Shown in pieces: positions 39,001 through 50,400 of a stretch of 64,000 bases of DNA. Position numbers and translations under genes: made by a program. The stretch's first letter is position 1, and every line of letters starts with the position of its first letter. The notes beneath the pieces were generated by a model. It ran no database searches. It had not been told where the DNA came from and saw nothing but the letters and a program-made list of their open reading frames with translations. This stretch comes from a virus: positions 32,001 through 96,000 of IMG/VR virus record IMGVR_UViG_3300024255_000006. One strand, given 5' to 3'.

Positions 39001-42000
39001 AGAACCAGAAACTTCGTATACTGTTTCAGGAAATACGATTACTTTCGCTAAATCTCCATTAGGTTCAAGGACTGATAATGGTGCAGTGATTCCTGCTCAA
39101 AAATTTGTTGGTAGATTATTCCAGTTTAAGGATAACGTAAAGAACGCACAATACCTCAAAAAAATTAGACCTATCTTCCAACAAGGAGGAACTTGGATTG
39201 ATGCTGCTAATCAGATTAAATTTAATCGACAGTTTATTGTTGAGGAAGCAATCGGATATGCAAAGGCGACTTATCCCAATCTAGCATGGAACCAATTAGA
39301 GTCTAAGTGCTCTAGAGATATTGGTCTCATTGTAGACGCATATGAACACGATGTTAGATTTGGTGGAAACTGGAAGACAATCCAGGCAGCAGAGTCTTAT
39401 TTCAATAACGGTAACTTAGCGTATATCAATGCTCAGTTAACAGAAAGTATTGCAACATATAAGTATGCAACTTCACTGTGTGTTGCTGCAATGAGAAATT
39501 GGGATCTTTCTTTAGATGGATGTACAATTACTGCAGGATCTGATCTTATCACAGTTCCAACAACATTGGGTCTGGCGGTTGGAATGGATGTTAGTAGTGG
39601 AGCACAGTTCTACCCAGGAACAAAATTACTAGAGATTCTTAGCGACACAGAAGTTAGAGTATCGAATCCTGGTAATTTTAATTACAGTCCTAATATTATT
39701 TCGACCACAGTTGTTACATCAACAAATGTTACCTATGGTCCAACCACCGTTACAAATACAGGTCTTCTACATGTTGGTATTCCATCGACAGTTACTATTA
39801 CAAGTACTGTAAACAACATTGACCAAGTTACATTCTCTTTCAGCAGAATCAACAATGGAACATTTATGGATGCTGCTAATTTGATTGAGAAGAATAAAGA
39901 GTATATCAAGGAAGAAACTCTCGGATGGGTCAAGGCAACTTATCCTTCATTAGTTATTCCTAATGAAGCGAAATGTACCAGAGATACTGGATATCTAGTT
40001 GATGCATTTGTATACCATCTCAGATATGGAGGAAATGCAAACGTCGTAGATTTTGGTGAGAGATATTGGGTAGGAAACAAGTTGTCCTACATCAATACAG
40101 AATTTACCGAGAGTAAAGGTGCATATAGACATGCTACTGGTTTGATGGTTAAGGCAATGAGAAATAATCTCACTACTGGTACATATACATCTATTGTTCC
40201 TTTTACAGATACATCTATTTTTTCAGATCCTGCTAGTTCATATACATCTACTTGTGCTCAAGTTGAACAAACTCTCAACACTTACATCGACATTGTTGAC
40301 GAAGTTCTAAACAAAGGAACTAACATCGTTGAAGTTTCTGATGAGAATAGTCAACGTTCAGGTAACTATACTTCAACTCTAACTTACTCTAACAATAATA
40401 TTCTAGCAGATAGTCTTTTTGCAGAATGTGCTATTGTACAATCTGCTTTAGGATCACTCTTCGACAACATTAGCGATGTCTTAAATGCTCAGACAGTAGA
40501 CACTGCATTACCCGATTATTTTGACGGAGAAAATGTTGATTTTGAATTGTATTACACTGATAACACACCAGTTAAAACATCTAAAAATGAAGATTTATTC
40601 GTAGGTGTAAATGGGGTGTTCCAGAGTGCAAAATATGATGCTACATTCCCAAGAAATAACGCTTATCATATTGTAAGATCTTCTGTAGCATCTGAACCAG
40701 ATAGAATTGTTTTCGCAGAACCACCAAAATGGGAGCAATCTCTCAATACAATTTTGGTACAAGAACCACTTGCAGTAGAAAAATTCTTTGCACATAATTT
40801 AGGTAAGTATCTGCGTCTATCAATTCAGTCAGAAAACTTCAATGGAAAGACTCTAGGATCTTTCACTATGAGAAATGAGGAGACTGGTGATGTTGTTATT
40901 GTTGATGACGATAGATTCTTGCTCGTGTTCCTTGACGGTGTTCTACAAGAAAGAGAAAGAGCGTACACAATTAATGAATCGAGTATCACATTTAAGCAAG
41001 CTCCAAGATCAGGACAAAAAGTAAATATTGTTCTTCTCATTGGAGATTCTGTAGATCAACTTCTTAGTGCTTATAATTTTGAATCAAGCAAGTTTTATAA
41101 TGAAATTGCAGTATCTGTTACTGGTGGATCTGCTGAGTACGCTACATTCAAAGAAAATATTAGAGAACGTTCTATCATCTATCAATTAGATAGTGGCGTC
41201 TATAAAACTCTAGGAATGTTTAAAAATCATCAACCTACTACTGGTGGATGGAAATTCCGTATGCTAGCACACAATCCAGACATCGATTTATCTCAACCAA
41301 TCAGAATTGCATCAACTGTTGATATCGTCAATTCTTCATATACATCGATTGATCTTGCTGCTCTCTCAACTAGTATAGATTATGTTGTGGATTCTGATAG
41401 TAATAGAGTCCTCAGAAAAGATACTACATCTTGGTTGTATGATGTTGTAAAACCAACCATCACTGGACTTGAACCTGGAGATCAAATTAAGCTTGATGGT
41501 GAGACAGAATTCAGAACCGTCAAGAAAACTCCAAATACATTGACCGCTCTAGACTATGCTTCTAATTCGGATATTTCCGATACTCTTGGAACTGTTAGCG
41601 TATCAAATTATAATGGAGTTCAAAGAGGAGAAGGACTTGATGTAGTAGCTACTGTAACTAATGGTGTTGTTACTAGTTTAACTTGGAATAAGAGAGACTA
41701 TTCGAGAAACCCAGATGCTTATCAATACAATACTGCACCTACTCTCGTTTTTGAACCTGTTGATCAAAATGGTGGCGGTGCTAGGGCATATGTTATTGTT
41801 AGTGGTGGTGAAATTATCGATGTTATTCTTGACCATGGTGGTAGTGGTTACACTTCTTCTCCTATCGTCAATGTAACAAGAAGATACAAGATCAAGAAGA
41901 AAAAGAGAACCATTGATACCAAATATACTATTGGTGTCCAAGGCAAAACTTCTGGTGGATTTAACACATATGCAACTCTAGTCCGCACACCAACTAATAA

Positions 42001-42523
42001 TGGATTTGAAAGCACACAACTTGCTAGACTTGGATCTTCTGAACTAGCAGTTAGACTAACAGATCAAAATGTTCTGGATCCACAACCAATTTCACATAAA
42101 GAAACATATATTGAGAGAACTCGTACTATCAGACCAGTTGAATCTGCATTGATGGTCTCTACTCCAACTCAATCTATTGTGGATTACAAACTGCAGAAGA
42201 TTCTTACTACAAGTGTAAGTTCATCTACTGCTTTTACTACGAATCATCCTCCAACAACTCAGTCTGTACCTATGGGAACAGCGCAGCAGTCTTCTATTAA
42301 GATTGCAACTATGTTGGACGTTGATTATTCCGCAGGTGATCCATACGTATTTGCAAATACTGTTCAGTTCCCAGCAACAGGAATTATTCAGGTTGGTCTA
42401 TATCAACTTGAGTACAGCTCTAAAGTTTCTGATCGTTTCACCATCGATTATGGAAGCGCAAATACATTGCAACCATCCAACGGAGGAATAGTCACTGCAG
42501 GAAACCTCGCTAGAGAAGTATAA
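33020..42523 (+). CDS. gp7: Baseplate wedge initiator gp7, greatly expanded (3167 aa)
   Basis: Between gp6 and gp8; 'LIKNISSFYKSKGT', 'YQDYSYVI...VHPAGF' gp7 motifs; internal YHYH-like and phycobiliprotein-like segments. Confidence 0.85.
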   Translation: MNLKTRNISSLIESQLPSFILEDYELFGKFLKSYYAQQELSGGVLDIILNLTKYRDINFYDKEVLTESTKTVGITGISETTVTVDSTEGFPKQGLIKLGDEIVFYASKTATSFQSVTRGVSGNTTLGDLYSNSKFVSTTAASHADDTVVENISNLFLYALIKSFESEYLAGIPEKYLRGEIDKRTLIKNISSFYKSKGTKRSIQFIFNCLISSDDTDVFFPKETTLKASESDWSRVYSLRVIALSGNPETLIGKRVTQSGTSYASAVVDNALKEQIVDDVQMWDIILAENSVNNVFQIANKTFLTKDLQSSDTVGDKIEVDSTFGWDKEGLIYINGERIEYSSKTIRHFVIKSRSLSTTHASGAKLYSNITIDSGNVKLLPLGVTYNLQPQGAIPYGVEGEIITVEKSGFDTVDPIVKKSNNTIRWMLPTSSSTIQSDDPRTIAANVDTIPGISAFFEDKENYYICCSGFPLGRKIFFNQTISADKTPIDQALLRTIRKKAETTTEIYATPRKDVGIFIDGSIAYSYKHEEGVLFGKLTRIEVTNQGSGYARPPFVLINNTPYKASANLSGNVVESVNIIDEGNYTTTPQVEIISGRNAVLTPVVTLGKITSIVITDPGEYYSAPPTIRITDRLGRGRFADYVATVSASGQITEVTQINTGNFYTAGKVLVEVIPSGSNAEAEASIYEWIKNRYTVVGTDIDSEYGFSFNNSAGFNTYGVLSYAPSLKTSLSDNGVSHSPIIGFAYDGNPIYGPYGYTVATDSSTAIRRMESGYRQRASRTNGPSATTYPIGTFIQDYYYADRLGDLDRNNGRFCVTPEYPNGVYAYFVTLNASLQPEFPYLLGENFYSLPLTANYQEFQTHADLPLDAVRLRTQSTPQNGIVTRAKVKDVSTGSIDKIKTYDSSDNFSVGSSIVFDNSQTGGSDAAGLVSSVNGKTVSSLQATDTQRVATIQIAESCFIYDGDAITQSSTGVTGTVVGDVLDDKFIVLENVTGVFDATGLVDSSTLTLNVVLNTNATFTAGAIVTLTDGDNDVATGEIVLSTERRNSVKIKVISGTFDQFVGSGYYLRSNNLLNTIGAEILSTSSLSTDLVPFIVDTNVTLVTTSTNHGLGIGSKINVKINPDDSVATKTYHVQLGATQEIELTQPIFVTAINDAGLGRGDLVNGGFDYATNTYTDVELIFVNQTATREDLGAVGDANNAEATIVVSDINNTGLGSVTSVTITTKGSGYVKGDVLTVEDSALNRSTSSTNTQRLRFVVDHIGFAAGETILKLEDVSELAVNDLLQIGEEIVTVTAVSEGDKTVTIDRAQEKTEDIDHFDNEEVSLYNSRYNFTVGSQIAITGNASLDPVILSYTGNKLIVEHNQLFFSSGSYNDYKIGSGSSFFDNSSPKRLVNIDVASDFLIVTKISSSASGPFEVSPNIQFQEYYQYRFDLSHSTNSLSEFLISPSKQDNIIAPELVRVGTPGQSGAYVYAKFGYGPRTGTVNLAGTLTERRERLYQRYYYKSIVTTDSSGNQSIRIGPTSVIEDRDNYIEIINDPLQGQQSVVYVTPTRFVYSMGTGSTPEWYGTGNIKYSTTTTGAVGSINKVTVSNLGSGYKKVPLVLGATLKKAFEATVTANWDAVNQNIATVTINTSGQNYSKPKIVVIDGDGTEADFEVLKSFDNKVSGVRVINKGKNYTYQPKLRVIESDVRVFALGSNIGTVKNAEIEFSGSGVWNDTSILRKHSASVGMVVDTTDTFLQGERVEQGSSYGLVSLDGWRTGSNILKVSVQNGEFVAGKTITGIISGASGIVNEVLITDFDLDLRSYYDNLGRYLSDKGKVGVKTHRIADNKFYQDYSYVIESTSGINNWKELVKESVHPAGFNLFGELNVNSQGTVRLQPEPRISQISTLKLWDKDINKVTVSSKIVKKKITINKVEDSNIKEGSGSVVQKAFDSAALTAREIYIGPTFTGTFGTSGNVSGNRTFTIYDKKTNDPITPYNEMALTITLDGILQEPETSYTVSGNTITFAKSPLGSRTDNGAVIPAQKFVGRLFQFKDNVKNAQYLKKIRPIFQQGGTWIDAANQIKFNRQFIVEEAIGYAKATYPNLAWNQLESKCSRDIGLIVDAYEHDVRFGGNWKTIQAAESYFNNGNLAYINAQLTESIATYKYATSLCVAAMRNWDLSLDGCTITAGSDLITVPTTLGLAVGMDVSSGAQFYPGTKLLEILSDTEVRVSNPGNFNYSPNIISTTVVTSTNVTYGPTTVTNTGLLHVGIPSTVTITSTVNNIDQVTFSFSRINNGTFMDAANLIEKNKEYIKEETLGWVKATYPSLVIPNEAKCTRDTGYLVDAFVYHLRYGGNANVVDFGERYWVGNKLSYINTEFTESKGAYRHATGLMVKAMRNNLTTGTYTSIVPFTDTSIFSDPASSYTSTCAQVEQTLNTYIDIVDEVLNKGTNIVEVSDENSQRSGNYTSTLTYSNNNILADSLFAECAIVQSALGSLFDNISDVLNAQTVDTALPDYFDGENVDFELYYTDNTPVKTSKNEDLFVGVNGVFQSAKYDATFPRNNAYHIVRSSVASEPDRIVFAEPPKWEQSLNTILVQEPLAVEKFFAHNLGKYLRLSIQSENFNGKTLGSFTMRNEETGDVVIVDDDRFLLVFLDGVLQERERAYTINESSITFKQAPRSGQKVNIVLLIGDSVDQLLSAYNFESSKFYNEIAVSVTGGSAEYATFKENIRERSIIYQLDSGVYKTLGMFKNHQPTTGGWKFRMLAHNPDIDLSQPIRIASTVDIVNSSYTSIDLAALSTSIDYVVDSDSNRVLRKDTTSWLYDVVKPTITGLEPGDQIKLDGETEFRTVKKTPNTLTALDYASNSDISDTLGTVSVSNYNGVQRGEGLDVVATVTNGVVTSLTWNKRDYSRNPDAYQYNTAPTLVFEPVDQNGGGARAYVIVSGGEIIDVILDHGGSGYTSSPIVNVTRRYKIKKKKRTIDTKYTIGVQGKTSGGFNTYATLVRTPTNNGFESTQLARLGSSELAVRLTDQNVLDPQPISHKETYIERTRTIRPVESALMVSTPTQSIVDYKLQKILTTSVSSSTAFTTNHPPTTQSVPMGTAQQSSIKIATMLDVDYSAGDPYVFANTVQFPATGIIQVGLYQLEYSSKVSDRFTIDYGSANTLQPSNGGIVTAGNLAREV

Positions 42524-42543
42524 ATAAATTATCAATATAAATA
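42519..42543 (+). promoter_or_regulatory. Two T4-type late promoters TATAAATA (42519-42526, 42536-42543)
   Basis: Exact T4 late consensus upstream of gp8. Confidence 0.85.
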
Positions 42544-42580
42544 AGTTGGATCCAACTGTAGCAATCTACCTTAATCAATT

Positions 42581-44409
42581 ATGTCGGCACTCATTTCTGA
42601 AAATTTTCGTATTTTTAACGCACAGCAGTTTCTAGAGTCATTATCCGAAGGAGCTAATGACCAGGATCCTGCAAAGTCTCGTATGTACTTCTTTGTAGGT
42701 AGATCTGATCCCTGGAATTCTTACCTAGAAATCTATAACGTTGGAGGAACTGCCGCATTTGCAGTTGGAGATAGCATCTATGATGCTGGTGCTTCTGGAG
42801 CAACTGCATATGGATCTACCACATTTGCATCTACAGTTGTCGCAGTATATCCTAATTCACTTTTAGTTAACAACCAAGTTCCCGCTGCTGCAGTTCCTGG
42901 TATTGGTAACGTTATTAAGGGTTACTCTGGTGGATCCGATACTGGTGCTGAAGCAGAAGCAGGTGTTTATCGTTTGCCGACGAACAGAATGCACCCGCTC
43001 CTCTTGATAACCAAGAAGAGAAGTTTAATGTATACAGAGAGATTATCGGCGCTAAAAGAGTTGAGTCGTCGAATGTAATCTCAGTTATTCCTCGCCTTAA
43101 CTGGAATACAGCGTTGAACCCAACGTTCGATATGTACAAACCTGACTATAGTGCAGTTCCTTCGACTGGTGGTTCTTCTAAACAGACCACAACTGGTCAA
43201 ACTTCACTTGGTGCAGCAAAACTTTACGTAATGAATACTAACTACGAAGTATTCAAGTGCATCTATAACAAGGAAGATCTTGCACCTGGAACAAACACGG
43301 CATCTGATATGCCTGTAACATCAGCAAACTATGCTAATGGTGTTTACAGTGGTCCTAACGATGGATATCGTTGGAAGTATCTTTACACTATGACCACACA
43401 GCAAGTCATGGACTTCTTGTCCAGCGACTTCATGCCTATTGGAACATATGCTGGTCCTGCTGCTGTTGATGGCGCAATCGATACAATTTTTGTTTCTGCA
43501 ACTGGTAGTGGACTACCTGCAAACAAAACTGGTGCTAGCGCACTATATGCTCCAATCCTAGGAGATGGTACAGGTGGTATCGCTAAGTTTGAAACCGATG
43601 GTTCTGGTACAATTACTTCAGCAGAAGTACATGCTGCAGGAGCAGGATATACCTATGCTGCAATTGCACTAGAGACTGGTGCTGGAACTGGTGCTGGTGG
43701 AGATGCATATGGTGTATTTGCTGACTCTGCTCTAGCAACTGCAGAAACTATTGCTGCTGGTGCTCGCGGTGAACTAGAAGCAATCATTCCTCCTCAAGGT
43801 GGTCATGGTTCAAATCTAGCACAAGAGATGAACGCTAAGCGTGTGATGGTAAACGTTCGTCTAACTTATGATGAAGGTCAAGGTGACTTCCCTGTAGAGA
43901 ACGAATTCCGTAGAATCGGTATTATTCGCGATCCTCTTCAGTGGGGTTCTACTTCTTTCCTAGCAACTAACACTGCATCTGGTGTATATGCTGTACGAGT
44001 TACTGGTACAGGTCTTTCCAACTCATCTTTTGGTGGAGATAATATCATCCAACAAACAGTAACTGGTGGAACTGCTAAAGGAAGTGTTGTTTCTTGGGAA
44101 CTAGATGATAGCAGCACTACATCTGGCGTTCTTAAGTATTATCAGTCACCAGAACTTCACAAAGATTCTGGTATTGTTCGTGCTTTTGAATCAAACGCTG
44201 CTAACGCAGTTGTAGATCAAGGCACCAACGGTTCAGTAAACGTAGCAACAACATCTACCGAAACTGTTAGAGGAGTTACTTTTACTGCTGGTTTAGCAAA
44301 TCCAGAAATTAAAACAAACTCTGGCGAACTCGTATACATAGAGAACAGAAGACTTATTACTAGATCTTCCGATCAAATCGAAGATATTAAACTAGTAATC
44401 GAATTCTAA
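42581..44409 (+). CDS. gp8: Baseplate wedge subunit gp8, interrupted by a -1 frameshift at about 42973
   Basis: First frame 'MSALISENFRIFNA...MYFFVGR'. Shifting at CGT|TTT GCC gives FADEQNAPAPLDNQEEKFNVYREIIGAKRV...PRLNWN...FDMYKPDYS, continuous with ORF 43114..44409 ('GYRWKYLYT', 'ELVYIENR...QIEDIKLVIEF'). Confidence 0.88.
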
Positions 44410-44432
44410 TTCCATGTTAGACTTGGTTTACG

Positions 44433-47400
44433 ATGCCCCAGAAGACAAATTTAAACGTATCACCATATTACGATGATTATGATGCGAAAAGGAACTTTTA
44501 TAGGGTTCTTTTTCGCCCTGGTTATGCTATCCAAGCAAGAGAATTAACTCAACTTCAATCTATTTTACAAAATCAGATTGAGTCGATTGGTAGAAGGCAG
44601 TTTAAACAAGGGGATCTTGTAATCCCAGGTGAAGTTGGTCTTAACAATAAATTAGACTACGTAAAGTTGTCCTCAGTTAGCGAAGTTGCTATCTCTGAGG
44701 GCAATTCTGTTGTCTATAAAAAGTACGATATTTCTTTGCTAGTTGATCAGACGTTGAGGGGCATCACGTCTGGAGTTACTGGTACAGTAATTACAACTAG
44801 ATATGCAACAGAATCGTCATCAGATACGATTTATGTAAACTACACCAGCAGTGGAAACGCAAACAACGAATCTACATTCCGTCAAGGGGAAACACTAGAA
44901 GTCGTAGATGGCGTCAATACGCCTCTCCTAGTGGTCGGAACTGATGGAAGCGTTCTTCCCACCTCCGTTACTACTACGGACCCTGATACGGGCATAGAGA
45001 CCTCACAGAGCAGTTCTGCTGTGGGGTTTGCATCTGCTGTTAAAGTAGAAGAAGGCATTTACTTCGTCAATGGTCATTTTGTTAGAAATGATGAGGATCT
45101 CATCATTCTAGATGCATATACAAATTCACCATCAGCAAAAGTAGGATTTAAGATCTCCGAGTCGCTAGCGACTCCAGAAGAAGATAATACTCTTTACGAT
45201 CAAGCGAGAGGGTTTGCTAACTTTAGTGCTCCTGGAGCACATCGTCTACTGATCAAACTAAATCTAGAAAAGTATGATCTAGATGCAAGCACCGATAGCA
45301 ACTTCATTCAACTTGTATCTGTAAAAAAAGGTGCTGTACAAAGAAAAATTAAAGCAGCAGATTATAACATTATTGAAGAGACTCTAGCAAGAAGAACTTA
45401 CGACGAGTCTGGAGATTATGTTGTTGAGGATTTTCCATCAGAAATTCGTGAATATTATCAGAGAAATGGTAACAGAGGATTATACTCAAAGAATACTGAA
45501 ACTGATCTAGTTAATGGACTTGATGAATCGTCTGCAGCAGAAAAACTAATCCTTTCTTTGGGTGCTGGTAAGGCATACATTAAAGGATATGAAATCGTCA
45601 ATAAAGAAGCGAAATATTTAACTCTCAATAAATCCAGAGAGTCTCTTGAAAGAGACAACATTACACTCAAGCACACTGGTCTAAGTTCATATTATCTCAC
45701 AAACGTTTATAATACAGTTCCACTGAACTCATTTGATGCTGAACTAACAGCATTCCCATCACTATATCTCAACAAAGTTTTTTCTGACGGTTCTATTGGT
45801 CAGAATAATTCTGAGGCAAGTACATCTCAGAAGCAGACAAGATCCAGAAGAACATCAACCTTTGATAGTGATCAGGCAATCAAAACTGTTCTTATTGATA
45901 TTACTACAACTGCAACTGGAAAAACTTTTGCGGACTTAAACGACTCTACATTTGAGTCCACATTTGGTAGTTTCTTTGTTCGTTTGTCTTCACAAAGCAA
46001 TGATACTAAGGAAATTACATCACTTGCTTTCTCTAAGTTTAACGGCACAACTTTCTTAGGTGCTGGTCAATACGTAGAGTTTACATTTGTTGGACGTAGA
46101 GACATTATTGATACTATTCTAAAAGAATACAATGATAATGACGCTGTAGATAAGAGAACAAAACTATTCTTTACAGAAAATGGAGCAGAGAGTTCCGATT
46201 CAACAGATATCTTTGGTAAAATTGTTTCTTATTCCGAGACTATTGTTCCTACAATTGGACTAGCAAAACCAAAGAATATGGTTCTTCAAGAAAGAGGATC
46301 AGGATTCGATCCAAACTCAGACAGAATTCTTTCTAAAGGAAGAATTGGAAGCACTGGAGTTTACAATACGACTTTTAAAATGTCGTACTTCAATCCAGTA
46401 TTTCTAACAAAAATTTTGTTAGATAGTGAAATTCCATCTGGTCAGTTCCAAACTGGTAAGTACGTTTCTGGAACAAGAAGTGGTGCTTATGGAGTTATCG
46501 AAGGATCTCCAAATGGATATCTAACTTCAGGAAACAGAATTTATCTAAAAGTAATTTCAGGAGAATTCCAGCAGGGAGAGACCATCGTAGATGAAGCAGG
46601 TAATTCACTCAGAATTGCAACAGAAAATACGATCTCACACTTTATCGTTGATAACAGAGGAATCAACTACGGTGGTTTGAGTGCTGCTGTTATTGATGGC
46701 GTAACATATGATCCTTCTGTTGTAGGTGTAGATATTGATCCTTCAACTGGAGTCTATAAATTAAATGTTAGAAAGAGAGCACTACTCGCTAACAGATATG
46801 CACAACCACCAAGTGTAGTAATCTCAACCACGTCTACCCAATTCAATTCAGCTAATGCTGCAGTTGTACGTGCAATTCTATTCAAGAACGTCATTGAGAC
46901 TTACACACCACAAAATGTTAAGTCTATGTGGGCACGTTTTGGTGTTGCACCACAAGGAGCATCTGCACCAAATCTATTCACTTCTGATGTAGAGCTATCA
47001 AGAACCAGTTATATTGATTCAACTACTGTAACCGATTTTACTTTCAGTGGTAATCAAGGCGAACAATATCTTGAGTGTACTGGTTTTGGAGGGGATGCTT
47101 CTAAATTCCTAACTCAAGGAGATCTAGTTCAGTTCTCTGATGCTAATAATAATGTTGTACAGGCAATTGTACAATTAGCAACTAAACCAGAAGGAACTAA
47201 AAAATCCAGAATTTATCTAGACTCATTAGTACCAGAAGATGTTTCAGCATCTACTGTATTGAGAGTGAGACCACAGATTAATAACGCTTCCAAGTCCACG
47301 CTGATCTTTCCAACTGGATCCAAGCAAATCAGATCACTTGTTAAGAACTCAGACGATACTGCTATCAAGATGTATCAGAGAAGGGACTTCGTTCTTGACT

Positions 47401-50400
47401 CATCTGCTGCTGGTGGTAATATCACATTCAGAGCACAACTTGAATTTGGTACTCAGAAATTTGTAAACTTTACAGAAGACAATTTTGTTCTATCTGTTCT
47501 TGATAAAGGTAATGCAACTTCAGTAGAAACTGGAGATATTGTATATGTACCCGAGGATCAAGTAACAGTTGCTTCTTCTACTGATAGTACAACTGGATTG
47601 ACTGCTGGTAGTGTTACTGTTACTTTACCTGCGAACTACTTTGGAGCACTATCAGGAGGATCTATATATCCAAAACTAAAACTAAGTGCTACTCTAGAGG
47701 TTACAAAAGCACGTCCGAGACTTAAGACTGTTGTAAGGAACAAACAGATTCTAATTAAACCAACAGGAGACAGAATTCTTCCTTTCAGAGGTCAAGACAT
47801 CAACGCAGCAGAAATCAATACTATTTCTTATGCTGATGCATTTAAGGTCAACTATATTTACGAAGGATCGCCAACATCAGCACCCGAAGTAGATAGTTCA
47901 GGTAAGTTGATTAATGGTACTGATGTTACTAATAGATTCAACTTTGATAATGGTCAGAGAGACACTCTATATGATGTATCTCGTATTGTTCTAAAACCTG
48001 GATTTGAAAATCCAACTGGTCAGATTTTGATTTCATTTGACTACTTTGATCATTCTCAAGGTGACTTCTGTGTCGTAGATTCTTATCTACACGAAGCAGG
48101 TGTACCAGCAGATGAAATTCCACAATTTAACTCATCTGTATATGGAGTAACAAACCTTCGAGATGTTATTGATTTCAGACCAAAGGTAGACAGTGAAGCG
48201 ACTGTTACGGGATTCCAAGATCAGTCTATCTTTGCAAACTCTATTTTCAACAACTTTACTGGAGATAGTGGTGTCGTATCAAGTTGCCCTGCATCTGATA
48301 GTAATCTTCCATGGACAATCTCATTCTATCAGAATCAATATCTAGATAGAATTGATGGTTTGTTCTTGAATAAGAAAGGTGAGTTTATCATCAAGGAAGG
48401 AAATTCATCTCTCAATCCATCCAAACCAGAGATGGTTGATGATGCAATTGTTCTAGCATACATTTACATTCCTGCTTACACAAGCAAGAGCACAGATGTA
48501 AGAATTGTTCCTGTTGATAATCGTCGATTCACTATGCGTGATATCGGCAAACTAGAAAAGCGTGTTGAAAGACTTGAGTATTACACTCTCCTTAGTGTTT
48601 TAGAGCAGCAAGCTCTCAATATGCAAATCAAAGACCAATCTGGATTTGAAAGACTTAAGAGTGGTTTTGTAGTCGATAACTTTGAGACACATAAAGTAGG
48701 AAATCTAGCATCAGAAGATTATAAGTGTTCTATTGATACAAAGCAGTCTGTACTCAGACCTCAAGCGAGAGAAGACTCTTTAGAGTTGCAGGAAGTTAAT
48801 ACTACAAATGATCAACGTGTTGTATCTGGATATCAAAGAAGTGGTGATGTTATTACTTTACCATATACAAATCTAACTCTAATTGAGAATCCATTCGCAA
48901 CAAAGACTATCAAACCAAATCCATTTGTTGTGGTTCAGTATGTTGGAGATGCGTCTTTGGATGCACCTGTTGACTCATGGTATGAGAATACCGATGCTCC
49001 TTTGATCACTGATAACAATGCTCAAACATATACTATTTTCTTAGCGAAAGATAACGTAAGAGAAGCATATTCAAGTTTATATAACTCTTACAGAGTAAAC
49101 TGGGTTGGATCTGATGACTCATTCTTTAATATTGGATCTCTATCAGATATTAATAGTGATCAGGTATCTTCTACAGTAAAAATTGCTTCAGTAGGAAGTT
49201 CTTCAAATATCAGTCCACAAAACCACGAGACTGGTCAAGGTCTAAAGACCAAGCTTGTTGGAGATTCTGCTGTTGCAACATCTCTACAACAGTTCTGTAG
49301 ATCAAAAGTTCTCAAGTTCACCATCAGAAGAATGAAGGCGAACACTAAAATTTATCCCTTCATTGAGGGAAGAGACATTAGTCGATGGACATGCCCCGAT
49401 CTCAGATTTAGTGGTATGTCTGGTAATTCTCTAGGAACGTTTGGTGGAGAACTTGTTACCGATAGTGCTGGTAATGCAAGTGGTATCATTATATTCCCTA
49501 ATGGATTACCACCTGTAGAAGGAAGCACATGGAACAACTATCTCTTTAACGTTCAATATGATACCAACGGAGAAGAACTACAATTCACTGTTGGTGAAAA
49601 GACTATCAGATTCACGTCAAGTGCAACTGATGAATTAAAAGAGAATGTAACCACATTTACAGAAGTCAAGTATTATCCTACTGGTGTTACACCAAGGAAT
49701 CCTGCATCTATCATTTCAACTCTACCAGCAGAGTTCAAATCAAATGAAGGTAAGCAGATTGTAGATACAGATACGCAGACCAAGAAGAATCCAAGTCCCC
49801 TTACTCAAACATTCAAAGTTGAGAATATGGATGGTGGATGTTTTGTAACTGGAATCAATCTCTTCTTTAATAAGAAAGATTCTAAGGTTCCTGTTAGAAC
49901 TTATCTGACTTCTACTGAAAGTGGTAAACCAGGCAAGTTTATTGTTCCTGGAACTGTTAAAACAGTTGACTCGGAAACTAAACTTAAAGTATTCATCTCC
50001 CAAGACGGTAGTGTTGAGATTGGAGAAATTGTAACTGGAAATACTTCAGGTGCGTCTGGTCCTGTGTATAAGATCTTTGATAGAACTAATACTGAAGTTC
50101 TACCTGGAACTGGTAACAAGATTCCTCTATCAGCAGATCAAGTATATACATTGATTTTGTCTAATAACAATGGATCTTCATTCCAGAAAGCAGAGACACT
50201 AGAAGTTCCATCTTTGACCTTAGCAAATAACACTAACAATACCAGTATCACTCTTACTATTGCAAGAGATTCTGGTAAACTTACTGATCTAAAAGTTATT
50301 TCTAAAGGATCAAACTATGATACCGCATCGATGACTATTGAGAGTCCTCAGTTGCCTGGTGGAACTACTGCTACTGGATCTCTAGGAGTTTCTGGTGGTA

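Noticed and set aside
42962-42980. Programmed -1 ribosomal frameshift in gp8
   Set aside because: No slippery heptamer or obvious downstream stimulator; an indel error is more parsimonious. Kept only as a low-ranked finding.
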